From a virus, in IMG/VR virus record IMGVR_UViG_3300022895_000010: 64,000 nt of DNA; one strand, given 5' to 3'. This document shows positions 9,645-19,635 of the stretch, piece after piece; the stretch's first letter is position 1, and each line of letters begins with the position of its first letter. Under the pieces are notes generated by a model. That model was not told where the DNA came from, did not search any database, and worked only from the letters and a program-made list of their open reading frames with translations. Made by a program: the position numbers and the translations under genes.

Positions 9645-10028
9645 ATGTCAATAGTAAACTTAGAAGCAATTGATAAAATGAATAAAGCTTTAACATTATT
9701 AGATAATGGAGAATCTATTGGAACAGAACATCTAGCAGGTAAAGTAATAATGAATTTAGACTTAGGTCTATGGATAAAAGTATGGTATACAATGGATAGA
9801 GAGGTATATTTTATTGATATGCGTGGTAAACGTGTTAAAGGGAAATTAGTAAAAGGTGATGATAATAACTTATATGTAGAGTTAGATGATACAACTAGAT
9901 TGCTACTATTAAGGATTAATGAAACAATGCATTATAATTACACACCTTATTATGATATTGAATCTAAGAGCAGTTTTAAAGGAGAGAGAATAAGTGAAAT
10001 TGACATGTATTGGAAATCAAGTATGTAG
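9645..10028 (+). CDS. Hypothetical protein
   Basis: 127-aa ORF with SD AAGGGG. Confidence 0.55.
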   Translation: MSIVNLEAIDKMNKALTLLDNGESIGTEHLAGKVIMNLDLGLWIKVWYTMDREVYFIDMRGKRVKGKLVKGDDNNLYVELDDTTRLLLLRINETMHYNYTPYYDIESKSSFKGERISEIDMYWKSSM

Positions 10029-10242
10029 TCCTAAATACGGAGCACAGAAAATTATTCAGCTAGACAATCTTGATATGCAACAATTTATTTTTGAAAACCG
10101 TGATAGAGGAAGAAAGATGTTTTTCAGGGATTTTAAAGATGACCTAATAGAAGGAGAAATAATTACGACTTACAATGACCTAATAATGTTTAAGACTGAG
10201 GAAGACACCTACTCTTTCTTAGACAAAGTAAAGGAGGAATAG
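9994..10242 (+). CDS. Hypothetical protein
   Basis: 82-aa ORF with SD AAGGAG. Confidence 0.5.
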   Translation: MKLTCIGNQVCSPKYGAQKIIQLDNLDMQQFIFENRDRGRKMFFRDFKDDLIEGEIITTYNDLIMFKTEEDTYSFLDKVKEE

Positions 10243-10245
10243 AAT

Positions 10246-11511
10246 ATGTCTACTATTAAGGATAATCATAAAGTAATCACCTGTAAGACATCAACTACAT
10301 TCGCTTATATGGTTGGTGGGATTACAAGCTTTGCTTCAAGTTTCTTTATGTCTAAGTTTCCTAAAGGTTATTTTAAAAAGCTATTTATTATAGACTCCTT
10401 TAATTCAACTAATATGAGAAATGAAGACTTCTATGAACAGTCTACACCTTATATTTCTATCCAACCAGTCTTTGAAGTAGGTAATACATTCACCGAAATG
10501 CAACCCTATTGGCAAACTACTAACTATTGGATATTTAGAAATAAGATTAAGAACTATACACCAGTATTAAAGGATAAAGAATCAGGTATTAATATCTATG
10601 CAGTACCTAGTAGAGTTAAAGTTAATTTCAATATATCTATTAAGTTACCTACTGTTATGAGTGCTTATGAATCTATGCATTATATTACACAGAACTTTGA
10701 GACTACTGGTTATAATTATATTAATGATATTAAGTTACAAACAGAGATTCCTCCTTCATATATTAAGATTATTGCTAAGACGTTAAAGTTAGATGTTAAT
10801 AATAAAGAGGATAAAGATAAATTGAATGAGTTCTTATTATCACATTCTTATAGCGGTATTCAAGAGATAATCAATATGTCTACAGGACGCCCTAGTCATA
10901 TGTATAATCTTAATTCAAATATATTAGTTAATTATCCTGATACTGCTACGTTTGAAAAGAATAATGAAGGAGCTGTAGTAAAAGATACTGTTGTTAAGTA
11001 CTCTTTCAGTATGGAGACTTGGATTCCTTCTAACTATATTATGGAAGTACCAGATTCTAATATGATTATCGATGAAGAAGAGGATAACTTAGTAGATGAG
11101 AAAGGTAATTATAAGTTTAATCTTATCTTTAAGAAGGACTATATAGAGCACGAATTAGATGGCAAACATTTATTAGTGAAGAAATCATATATTCCTGATG
11201 TTAATGTAGAATATGATTTATTAGAGTTTGAACCAATTATTAGTGAAGAAGTTATTAGTGTATTAAAAAAATTGAAGGAATATAACAAGAATATAAGTAA
11301 TGTGATGAAAGCTATAGTATATATTAATGGTAGGGAATTATCTGAAAGTCTTTATGATGTGGATTGGGATAATTATACTCTTAAGACATTTCATCCATTA
11401 AGCAATAAAACCTATACAATACTATTATATGGTAATTTACCTATATTGAATCAAGCTTCTGATTATATTCAGAATGGTGTAGAGAGAAAAATAGCACATA
11501 TGAGATTTTAA
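10246..11511 (+). CDS. Putative virion neck/tail-completion protein
   Basis: VPSRVKVNFNISIK...YITQNF loosely recalls T4 gp15-like tail terminators; strong SD AAGGAGG. Confidence 0.35.
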   Translation: MSTIKDNHKVITCKTSTTFAYMVGGITSFASSFFMSKFPKGYFKKLFIIDSFNSTNMRNEDFYEQSTPYISIQPVFEVGNTFTEMQPYWQTTNYWIFRNKIKNYTPVLKDKESGINIYAVPSRVKVNFNISIKLPTVMSAYESMHYITQNFETTGYNYINDIKLQTEIPPSYIKIIAKTLKLDVNNKEDKDKLNEFLLSHSYSGIQEIINMSTGRPSHMYNLNSNILVNYPDTATFEKNNEGAVVKDTVVKYSFSMETWIPSNYIMEVPDSNMIIDEEEDNLVDEKGNYKFNLIFKKDYIEHELDGKHLLVKKSYIPDVNVEYDLLEFEPIISEEVISVLKKLKEYNKNISNVMKAIVYINGRELSESLYDVDWDNYTLKTFHPLSNKTYTILLYGNLPILNQASDYIQNGVERKIAHMRF

Positions 11512-11529
11512 TAAGGGAGAGAATATACT

Positions 11530-11901
11530 ATGTTTGAAAATTGGTTTACTAAGAGAAAAGCATTAAAGAATGGTTTTGAAATAGTAGATATTAAAGTAGA
11601 GAATAGTTTAACTGCTCGTATCTATTATAAATTAACTAGTCTATGTCAAGTTAAGAGTGAAACCATTACTATTCATTCAGGTACATTAGAAGGAGCTATT
11701 AATGAGAGAATTAATCAGTTAAAGAAGCTCTCAGCTAATGGTATGGTTAATCATGGTTATGAAGCTGATTTGAATAGAAAGTTTAATACTGCTTCATATA
11801 GACGTGGTGATAAACCTTCTATTACTAATGCAATTGCTAGACCAGATGGTCCAAGACTAAGAGAGAAACCTTCAGAACCTAATCGTATTGGATTTTATTA
11901 A
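11530..11901 (+). CDS. Hypothetical protein, paralog of 11920..12567
   Basis: Shared W....KA...GF....I...N..T..I and LN.K(F/Y)NT motifs; duplicated leader. Confidence 0.6.
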   Translation: MFENWFTKRKALKNGFEIVDIKVENSLTARIYYKLTSLCQVKSETITIHSGTLEGAINERINQLKKLSANGMVNHGYEADLNRKFNTASYRRGDKPSITNAIARPDGPRLREKPSEPNRIGFY

Positions 11902-11919
11902 TAAAGGAGAGAATATACT

Positions 11920-12567
11920 ATGGAACAATGGGAAATTAATTATATTAAGGCTAAACAATTAGGATTTGTATTAATGAATATTGAGCATATCAATCCAGTT
12001 ACAGTTCTAATTAAATTTAGAGAAGGTAAGAACATTGATGAACGAAGAGTGATTAAAAATAAAATGATTACAGTATCACCTGAAATGGTTCATTTACTTA
12101 AAGAAAGAGTGGAAGATGAGATTAATAATCTGATACTTCAAACTATTATCCCTCTTAAGGGAAGACCAATGAGAACTGATTTAGAAATGGAATTGAATGA
12201 GAAGTACAATACAATCTCTAATATAATGGGTTCAATTGCAGATAATATTAAAGAACTTGCTGAAAATTATGATTTCGATAAACCTCTTGAAGAAGAAGTT
12301 AAAGTTGAAATACAATTACCTCCAATGGAAGTAGCTACAGTTGAAATTGATTTAAATGATCCTGCTCCATTTATAAGACAAATGAGAGCTGAAAAAGCTA
12401 ATGAATCATGTATTAAAATGGTTGACGAATACCTAGAGGAGAATAAGAAAAAAGAAGGCGAAGAAGAGATTCTAGTTACACAATTAGTTCCAGCAGATGT
12501 TGTTAATATGAATATGGAAATAGACGGTATTAAAAAACCTATAGAAGATTATAATAATAATAAATAA
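11920..12567 (+). CDS. Hypothetical protein with acidic C-terminal extension
   Basis: N-terminal half paralogous to 11530..11901. Confidence 0.6.
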   Translation: MEQWEINYIKAKQLGFVLMNIEHINPVTVLIKFREGKNIDERRVIKNKMITVSPEMVHLLKERVEDEINNLILQTIIPLKGRPMRTDLEMELNEKYNTISNIMGSIADNIKELAENYDFDKPLEEEVKVEIQLPPMEVATVEIDLNDPAPFIRQMRAEKANESCIKMVDEYLEENKKKEGEEEILVTQLVPADVVNMNMEIDGIKKPIEDYNNNK

Positions 12568-12584
12568 TAAAAGTGATAAATGAT

Positions 12585-13229
12585 TCAATACGAATCATTT
12601 ATCACATCTCTAGTCTTTAGAACGTCATCCTCACTGTATGTTACATCTGCTCTAGTCATTTCCACTAATTCATTATAATTTTCAATTTCCTCATCTGTTA
12701 AAGCTACGTAATATTTATTAATGAACTCATTTAAATCCCCATATACCTGATTCAAACTAACAAAGATTTGTTTAGCATGAACTAATTCATGTACAGTAGT
12801 ACTTAAAGGAGTTACACCAATTATATTATCATAGTGATCCAATAATACTTGTCTAGATATAATAAAAGTATTGAATGGTTTTTCCTCTAATATATGCTTA
12901 TTCACACATAGTTGAACAATATCATAAAGAGTAAAAGGATAGTGATGGAATTCAATAATTGCATTATCATGATCAATATAACCTAATACAGAACAATTTT
13001 TTAAACCTACAGTATTTTTAAGGAATCCTATATAGGTTTTATATTCATTACTAGACCTAATCATTCGTTCACATCCTTTAATAAAACGTTTCAATTTCTT
13101 ATCATCAAAGAAGTCAGTAAAGTAATAAGTTTCAGCAAAAATACCTTCTGTATTAGATAGTTCAATATTAGAGTCTGTTACTTTACTCTTAATATTAACA
13201 ATATTATTTGGGGTTACAATTTTTTTCAT
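12585..13229 (-). CDS. HNH-like (His-rich) protein, paralog of 19636..20349
   Basis: IR.S.EY.TYIGFL, C..L, EFHHYPFTLYDIV, HY.N.IG..P...T.HEL.H. Confidence 0.55.
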   Translation of the reverse strand: MKKIVTPNNIVNIKSKVTDSNIELSNTEGIFAETYYFTDFFDDKKLKRFIKGCERMIRSSNEYKTYIGFLKNTVGLKNCSVLGYIDHDNAIIEFHHYPFTLYDIVQLCVNKHILEEKPFNTFIISRQVLLDHYDNIIGVTPLSTTVHELVHAKQIFVSLNQVYGDLNEFINKYYVALTDEEIENYNELVEMTRADVTYSEDDVLKTRDVINDSY

Positions 13230-13244
13230 TTTAAAACCTCCTTA

Positions 13245-13268
13245 AACAAAAGATTATATTTTTATGTT
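13245..13268. promoter_or_regulatory. Interlocked pair of opposite late promoters
   Basis: AACA-AAAGAT-TA on + (13245-13256) and TA-TTTTTA-TGTT, the same motif on - (13257-13268). Confidence 0.65.
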
Positions 13269-15842
13269 ATGAAAGCAGGTGATTCTTTGCAATTCAGTTA
13301 TAGAGAAAAATATAAATATACTCCTTTCACTAAAGAGGATATAAAAGAGATTCAGAACGTAATTGATTATGCTAAAGGACTCGTTATTAAAAATTCTGAA
13401 TTAGCACAGGAACATGAAACGACTCTTTCCATGAAAAATGCTAATATGTATATTCAAGCTAGGACTAGAACGAATGATAGACTTAGTGAAGCAGAGATTA
13501 TCAAGATTATTAGGGATTATCAGGAGACTAATACGTATTATAAAGATTTATACGACTTACATCAAATTGATTATCTAAACTCTAGAACAGCTAAAGACTA
13601 TACAATATTAAAAGCTACTATTAATAGTCTTAATAGAGAAGATAAGAACTTATTTGAAAAATGTTATTATGAATCACTTAAATATCATCTATTAGTTACT
13701 TATACTGAAGCATTTGATAATCAACAGTATCACAGAGCATATAATGAAATGCTATTAATATTTATGACAGTCCAACGTTATATTACATATAAAATGGATT
13801 CCTACTTTAATATTGATAGTTATGATAAGAATAAGTTGAAAAATGCATTCATATCATATGGTCTAGATTACTTTGATGGATTCCCATTGAATTATCAAAG
13901 ACGTATACTTAAGAAAATCAATCAGCTAATTCAGTATAAAGGTACTAATATTGCTTTGAATGATATTCTAAGTATTTTTGGTTTTGATAATATTAAAATC
14001 TATAAATATTTATTATGTAAAGTTTATGATAGTGTAGCAGAGGATAAAAAGGACTTAATGTTCTACCGAGTACCTATTGATGATAACTTAGATTTCAGTA
14101 AGCATTTACCTGTTACTTATGATCAAATAGTAGATAATGATCCATTCTGGCGTAGTGATAAAAAAGAATTCCTTAATGAACCATTTAATATCTTGAATAC
14201 TAAGTATTTATCAGCAGATATTTCTATGGATATCGTAAAAGAATCTTTATCTATGTCATATTTCCTTTCTTTGCTGAACAAGATGGAAATGAATTATAAG
14301 TCTAAAGAAGAAGCAGATTTTAAGTTTTCTAACCGAAATATATCCAACCAGCCAATAGATTTAATGGATGCGATTATAGCTTTGGCTTCAATTGCACTGC
14401 GTAGTCATGGATATAAAGATAAAATCATAAAAAATGTAGACTCTATTAACTACGTATATGGTTTTAATAATATTAATGATAATGTAGATGTAAGGAAGTT
14501 ACTAGAAGATATCCATATACTATTAATACAGAATAAACCTAGATTTAATGAGTCAGATTATGATAATCTAGAGAAATTTATAGTTCAATTTAGAGCTAAG
14601 AACTTTGAGACTGTATTAGAAAGTGGCTATGAAGATGTAGAAACTGAATATAATTCTAGTATTGTATATAAACGTCAATTAGATACTATTAGTAAATTAA
14701 GTAAGGTTGAAAACTTAGTTTATAAGTTCTATACAGACAACGTTATTGAAGTTCTAGATTATATTAAAGAGTTATTCATTGATGGTAAATTCGATCCAAT
14801 GTTATTTGATACTTATGTTGATATTAGAAAAATATATAAGATGTTTATCAGTGTTAAACTAAGTACTAAAGATAATACAATGGATGATTTCTTAGGAGCA
14901 ATGAAAAAGAATAAGACTATTATGGATCAATTAGATGCTCTTATTAAAGCTATTAATTTAGAAAATCTTACTGAATATTATGATTTATATAAGAAAAATA
15001 AGGTTGGTCTAAATGATTTACTTAAGCAAACTATGAATGAAATAACTCGTCTTAGACAACTTAATTACTTTGACTTTAAATCTGATGAAGAAAGACAAGA
15101 CTACTGGGTAAGAAATCCTAGAGATTATAAACATTATCCAGAGCTATGTAATTTTATTGAACTTCATTATATTAGCGATACTCTATATAAGAACTCTTAT
15201 TCAATGGAAGAATTTGTTAAGATATTCAAATATAATAACGATCTTCGATATAAATTAGAGGATATTATTGTTGAATCTAATAATTATGAGCTATATAGAA
15301 ACTACTTAAAATTATGGGATATCAAGTTTATAGGAGATATTAATATTAGTTATTTCAGTGGTCATGATACTTATAGTGATTACTTAAAGAGAAAGAACTA
15401 TGATTTATATGCTTTCACTCAAATGCCTGCTACTATTAAAGGCGATGAGAAACTTGAATATGAATTCTATCGTGATAAAGTATTTGAATTATGTGAGTCT
15501 ATTGATAATCATATCAATGCAGGTAACATGAACTTCTTCGTTAATAACGGGTTTATAGGAATGCTTGATTATGTAAAACGATTCATTTATATATTAATAC
15601 ATGTATTTAAAGCTTATACAACTCAATTATTAGAGACAAATACAGTATTATCATTCAATGATAAGACATTTAATGCGATAAGAATGTTTGATAAAGCAAA
15701 TATTAGCGGATTCTTTAAATTTAGAGAATATATCACTTTAAAAGATTTCATGAAGATGACTACTACTTATAAATTTGAAGATAATATTGAATTAAGAGAT
15801 GAGATAAAGATAACTACTTTTGAAGCTGGAGAGGAAGATTAA
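13269..15842 (+). CDS. Large virion structural protein, probable baseplate wedge component
   Basis: LIQYKGTNIALNDILSIFGF resembles the KGT motif of P2 gpI/T4 gp7-like wedge proteins; late promoter motif. Confidence 0.5.
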   Translation: MKAGDSLQFSYREKYKYTPFTKEDIKEIQNVIDYAKGLVIKNSELAQEHETTLSMKNANMYIQARTRTNDRLSEAEIIKIIRDYQETNTYYKDLYDLHQIDYLNSRTAKDYTILKATINSLNREDKNLFEKCYYESLKYHLLVTYTEAFDNQQYHRAYNEMLLIFMTVQRYITYKMDSYFNIDSYDKNKLKNAFISYGLDYFDGFPLNYQRRILKKINQLIQYKGTNIALNDILSIFGFDNIKIYKYLLCKVYDSVAEDKKDLMFYRVPIDDNLDFSKHLPVTYDQIVDNDPFWRSDKKEFLNEPFNILNTKYLSADISMDIVKESLSMSYFLSLLNKMEMNYKSKEEADFKFSNRNISNQPIDLMDAIIALASIALRSHGYKDKIIKNVDSINYVYGFNNINDNVDVRKLLEDIHILLIQNKPRFNESDYDNLEKFIVQFRAKNFETVLESGYEDVETEYNSSIVYKRQLDTISKLSKVENLVYKFYTDNVIEVLDYIKELFIDGKFDPMLFDTYVDIRKIYKMFISVKLSTKDNTMDDFLGAMKKNKTIMDQLDALIKAINLENLTEYYDLYKKNKVGLNDLLKQTMNEITRLRQLNYFDFKSDEERQDYWVRNPRDYKHYPELCNFIELHYISDTLYKNSYSMEEFVKIFKYNNDLRYKLEDIIVESNNYELYRNYLKLWDIKFIGDINISYFSGHDTYSDYLKRKNYDLYAFTQMPATIKGDEKLEYEFYRDKVFELCESIDNHINAGNMNFFVNNGFIGMLDYVKRFIYILIHVFKAYTTQLLETNTVLSFNDKTFNAIRMFDKANISGFFKFREYITLKDFMKMTTTYKFEDNIELRDEIKITTFEAGEED

Positions 15843-15844
15843 TA

Positions 15845-16600
15845 ATGACAGAATTTAAGCAACTGCAATTTGAAGATAATATTGATATGAAGGATGATTT
15901 TTCAAAAACGCCTGAAGGTTTTCCTAAAGCACAGATTGGTATGAAAGGTAGAGTTGTAGTAAAAGATTTCAATGGTAACACTATTCTAGAAAAAGATAAT
16001 CTTATTACACTACGTTTACGAACTTATATCTTAGAATTATTATTCGGTGTAAAACCACCTGAAGATTCTGGATATATTAACGATCATGCACGTACTGTTT
16101 GCTTATTTAAAATAGGTCAAGGTGGAGCAGATGTAAACGGTTCTCCATTCAACCCATTAGTACCTAAATTCAGTGATATGGATTTATATCAAGCAGTACC
16201 ATTTATCATTGAAGATCCAGATAAATATAATGACCCTAATAAGAAAGCTAATCCATCTATTGTTGAACAGATGTCTTTATTTGATAAAAATAAATACTAC
16301 TTGCCAGTTGGTAGAGCAGATGGTTCTAAAGCATTCTATGGTAAAATATTCGAAGCTGATAACAACCGTTGGAGATTAAATAAATCTACTGGTGAAGTTT
16401 ATCAATTATTAACAATGCGTATTGAACCAAATGAAGCTAGAGGTTTTATGATTAATGAGATCGGTTTAGTTTTAGCTAGATATGATAAAAATAATAACTC
16501 TTATGTTAATGAAGAGCTAGCAACACGTATTACCTTTGATACAGAATCACTTACTTCTCTATCTAAAGGATTAATTATTGAATATTATGTTTATGCTTAA
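15845..16600 (+). CDS. Putative baseplate/tail-fibre attachment protein
   Basis: KGRVVVKD.NG....EKDNLIT, FKIGQGG, INEIGL, IIEYYVY pattern of myophage fibre/baseplate proximal domains. Confidence 0.5.
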   Translation: MTEFKQLQFEDNIDMKDDFSKTPEGFPKAQIGMKGRVVVKDFNGNTILEKDNLITLRLRTYILELLFGVKPPEDSGYINDHARTVCLFKIGQGGADVNGSPFNPLVPKFSDMDLYQAVPFIIEDPDKYNDPNKKANPSIVEQMSLFDKNKYYLPVGRADGSKAFYGKIFEADNNRWRLNKSTGEVYQLLTMRIEPNEARGFMINEIGLVLARYDKNNNSYVNEELATRITFDTESLTSLSKGLIIEYYVYA

Positions 16601-16604
16601 TACT

Positions 16605-16616
16605 AACAAATTTATA
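16605..16616 (+). promoter_or_regulatory. Putative late promoter AACA-AATTTA-TA
   Basis: Matches AACA-N6-TA upstream of the RNAP beta' C-terminal gene. Confidence 0.6.
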
Positions 16617-16662
16617 TAGGGTAGATTATTTCTACTCTATATAAATTTAATCTTAATAGGCG

Positions 16663-17877
16663 GTGATTTTGTTGAAATCAGCAATCAAAGGTCGTTTATT
16701 ATCTAAAGATGAGGTAATAGAACTACTTTCAATTAAACAAGATGATATAACTATGTCCTTATTACATGACTTGTTTGCTTATAGAAAAAATACTAACCCA
16801 CGTTTTGCACCGAATGATTTCTTTTATTTAGAAAAAGGTGTTTTAGGAAACTCTGAAAGAATTAAAACTACTACTGGGAAATATATCTTTAATCTATTAG
16901 TATTATATCCTAATATCATTAAACATACTGGTTATTTCAATAGAGCTTTAGATAAAGGCGGTATTGGTAAAATCCAATCTGATTTAGGAAGTCTAGTATT
17001 ACAAAGTGTATTACCTACTGAAGAACAAGCGATATTTATTGATAAAATGCAATGGTTAGCGTTTGGTATTGCTAAGTTTATTAATGCTTCATTAACACAT
17101 GAAATGTTAATTGCACCTGAAGAAGTTACTAAACGTAAAGAAGAATTAGTAGAGAAACATAAGGAAGCCTTAGAAAAAGGTGACTTAAATACAGTTAATA
17201 AAATTGAGAAAGAATTAATTGGATTAGCTAAAGGAATTATGCAAGATGTTCCTGATTATCAAATCTATGCAAGTGGTGCTAGGGGTTCATTCGGTAATAA
17301 CTATAAGAATACTAGTATCATGAGGGGTGCTATTAAGAACTTAGCAGATCCAAGTAAAGTTAAAGTATCTACTACTTCTCTAGATGAAGGTATTCCACCT
17401 GAAGAATTACCATATTATGCAGATTTATTAACACAGGCATCATATCAACGTGCGGTAGGTACACAGGATGGTGGTTATGAAGGTAAGAAATTAGGAGCGG
17501 CATTCCAAACAATTGTATTGGATGATAAAGGTACTAACTGCGGTACTAAAAAATTCCTAAAAATTATCTTAGATGGTAGATATGCTAAATTATTTCTATA
17601 TAGATACATTAAAGTTGGATCTCAATTGGTATTATTAACACCTGATAATATCGATAGTTATACTAATAAAGTAGTAGAGTTAAGAAGTGCAATTTATTGT
17701 ACAGGAGACCAGATTTGTAATAAATGTGCTGGTGACTTGTATTATATGATGGGTATCCGAAATGTTGGTTTATTGGCAAACCGTGTAGGAACAAGTATCT
17801 TGAATGCTTCATTAAAAGCCTTCCATGACATGTCTTTAAAAATGGTTGATTTGGATATTGATAAATATTTAGACTAA
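16663..17877 (+). CDS. Phage multisubunit RNA polymerase beta' subunit, C-terminal half (probably the virion RNAP)
   Basis: TTTGKYIFN, SGARGS, SLDEG, bridge helix TQDGGYEGKKL, CGT, zinc site LRSAIYC...ICNKCAG, trigger-loop-like VG....LNASLKAFH. Confidence 0.9.
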   Translation: MILLKSAIKGRLLSKDEVIELLSIKQDDITMSLLHDLFAYRKNTNPRFAPNDFFYLEKGVLGNSERIKTTTGKYIFNLLVLYPNIIKHTGYFNRALDKGGIGKIQSDLGSLVLQSVLPTEEQAIFIDKMQWLAFGIAKFINASLTHEMLIAPEEVTKRKEELVEKHKEALEKGDLNTVNKIEKELIGLAKGIMQDVPDYQIYASGARGSFGNNYKNTSIMRGAIKNLADPSKVKVSTTSLDEGIPPEELPYYADLLTQASYQRAVGTQDGGYEGKKLGAAFQTIVLDDKGTNCGTKKFLKIILDGRYAKLFLYRYIKVGSQLVLLTPDNIDSYTNKVVELRSAIYCTGDQICNKCAGDLYYMMGIRNVGLLANRVGTSILNASLKAFHDMSLKMVDLDIDKYLD

Positions 17878-17936
17878 AAAAAAAATCCTAATAGTTGTTT
17901 ATTTTATATAAATAGCTATTAGGTGACTCATATGTT

Positions 17937-17985
17937 AAAAAAAAAAATAGTAGTCTTTGTTTTTTTTTTATATAGACTACTATTT
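17937..17985 (-). terminator. Intrinsic terminator
   Basis: AAATAGTAGTCT / AGACTACTATTT stem followed by a long U-tract on the minus strand. Confidence 0.7.
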
Positions 17986-18222
17986 CCAAGTTCCCGTTCT
18001 TTATCTGTATCTTTATGACGACAATGAAATAACTTTTATATAGTTCCCTAAACTATATAATACCGATCAAGTGAGAAATACCACCCTTTTTTCCTATTTT
18101 TCTCTATATATGTGAGATAACTATGTAGCAGGAATTAAGTTCATCCTCCTTTCCATAGCAACTAAGAAGTAATTTTAATATTTTCTCTATTTTATTATAA
18201 TATTAAACTACCTCTCCTATTT
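17937..18222 (-). ncRNA. Candidate ~280-nt non-coding RNA
   Basis: Early-type promoter at 18223-18235 (-), no ORF beyond a few codons after its SD-like sequences, internal hairpins, terminator at 17937-17985. Confidence 0.4.
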
Positions 18223-18260
18223 ATAATATATATTTAAAAAGGTATACAAATACATATTAT
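18223..18260. promoter_or_regulatory. Back-to-back divergent early promoters
   Basis: ATAATATATATTT (motif on -, 18223-18235) and AAATACATATTAT (+, 18248-18260). Confidence 0.6.
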
Positions 18261-18310
18261 AGATTAGTATAGTTTATAACATTTATAATTTATTTTAGGG
18301 AGATGTTTTT

Positions 18311-18601
18311 ATGGAAAGAAATGTAGCAGAAGACCAAGACATGCTTCTTTTTGTTAGAGTAGCTAATGACAACAAGAGAAGACTCATCGAAGAAAAAATC
18401 ATAGCTGAGGAGAAACTTAAAGAAGAAATAAGTTTTCAAAATGCAGTAGGTAGATTTAAAAAATCAATGAATGTAGTCGGTAATGCATTCGCTTTAGGAG
18501 CAGGTGTGGTATTAGGTACTATTATAATCGATATACTATTTGATTTTAAATTTAAGCTCACTGAAAATATTATTTCATTAGGAAACTTATTTATTGGTTA
18601 A
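18311..18601 (+). CDS. Membrane protein
   Basis: One hydrophobic segment near the C-terminus. Confidence 0.55.
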   Translation: MERNVAEDQDMLLFVRVANDNKRRLIEEKIIAEEKLKEEISFQNAVGRFKKSMNVVGNAFALGAGVVLGTIIIDILFDFKFKLTENIISLGNLFIG

Positions 18602-18606
18602 GGAGG

Positions 18607-18858
18607 ATGTTCAACATGTTAGCTAAAAAAGAAAGACCGTATGGTTTATTTGATGGTAAGGAAGTTAATTTAGATAAAAAATTTGATAAATTTGAGGATA
18701 AGAAAGCAAAGAATATAACTAAAGAATTTATTAAACCAAATAAAACACAGTTCAGTTTAAAGCATAAAATTATTACAGGTATACTTGCGACATTATCATT
18801 CACTATGTCAGCACTAATGATTGCAATTATATTTGCATGGATCGCTAATTATAACTAA
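18607..18858 (+). CDS. Membrane-anchored protein
   Basis: C-terminal transmembrane segment; SD AAGGAGG suggests a start at the second Met (18616). Confidence 0.55.
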   Translation: MFNMLAKKERPYGLFDGKEVNLDKKFDKFEDKKAKNITKEFIKPNKTQFSLKHKIITGILATLSFTMSALMIAIIFAWIANYN

Positions 18859-18921
18859 TATGAAATAATCCTACAAACTTATGTAGGATTATTTTTTTTT
18901 TAACAAATTATTAAAAATGTA

Positions 18922-19158
18922 TTGGAGGGGGTAAAATTGTTTAAACATCTCTTGAGCGCTGATGAAATGAAGACCTCTAGTTTAGTAATATCCATGTTAA
19001 TCGTTATTATAACATCTGTCTACATAGTCGTAACAAAAGGAGATTTACCTAATAACTGGTTAACACTCTTAATGTTTTTAATAGGTAGTGTTACAGGTAT
19101 TAATGTAACTAATCAATTAAAGCCTAAAAATACTGAAGAAAAGGATAAAACAATTTAA
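18922..19158 (+). CDS. Putative two-TM holin
   Basis: Two TM helices and a charged tail; late motif AACA-AATTAT-TA at 18902-18913. Confidence 0.55.
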   Translation: MEGVKLFKHLLSADEMKTSSLVISMLIVIITSVYIVVTKGDLPNNWLTLLMFLIGSVTGINVTNQLKPKNTEEKDKTI

Positions 19159-19193
19159 TAGTCTTACTATACCATTATAAAGGAGAGATTTAT

Positions 19194-19589
19194 ATGTCAT
19201 TACAAGAAACATTAATTCTTATTGGTGTTTTATTCGCTTTTACTTTTGTATTTGTATTTGCAACTAACTTTATCTTGAAAAATAAAGATAATAAGAAATT
19301 AGTTGCAGGACTTGCTGATGCAACTCAAGTTCTTTTAGGACTTGTTAAAGTGGACGACCATAGTAAGTATAAAGTGGTAAAAGATATTGCTACTAACGTA
19401 GTTAATACAGTTGAACAAATTGCTAAAACTAAAGATGAAGGAATGACATCTGAGCAGAAGTTGGATATGGCTACTGAATTATTCTATAACACTGTTAGTG
19501 AATTAGGAATTAAAGTAGACGTTTCAGAAGATTTCGTTCGTCATATCATCGAAGGAACTGTTCATATCTTGAACAACACTAAGAAATAA
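19194..19589 (+). CDS. LL-H-family-like holin
   Basis: N-terminal TM, then A...V..VEQ......SEQKL..A...........IEG.V..LN. Confidence 0.65.
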   Translation: MSLQETLILIGVLFAFTFVFVFATNFILKNKDNKKLVAGLADATQVLLGLVKVDDHSKYKVVKDIATNVVNTVEQIAKTKDEGMTSEQKLDMATELFYNTVSELGIKVDVSEDFVRHIIEGTVHILNNTKK

Positions 19590-19635
19590 TATAATAAATA
19601 TAGGATAACATTCATTTGTTATCCTATATTTATTT

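Noticed and set aside
18053-18090. SD-like AAGGGTGG followed by TTG on the minus strand as a small ORF
   Set aside because: Stops after five codons (TTG ATC GGT ATT ATA TAG)
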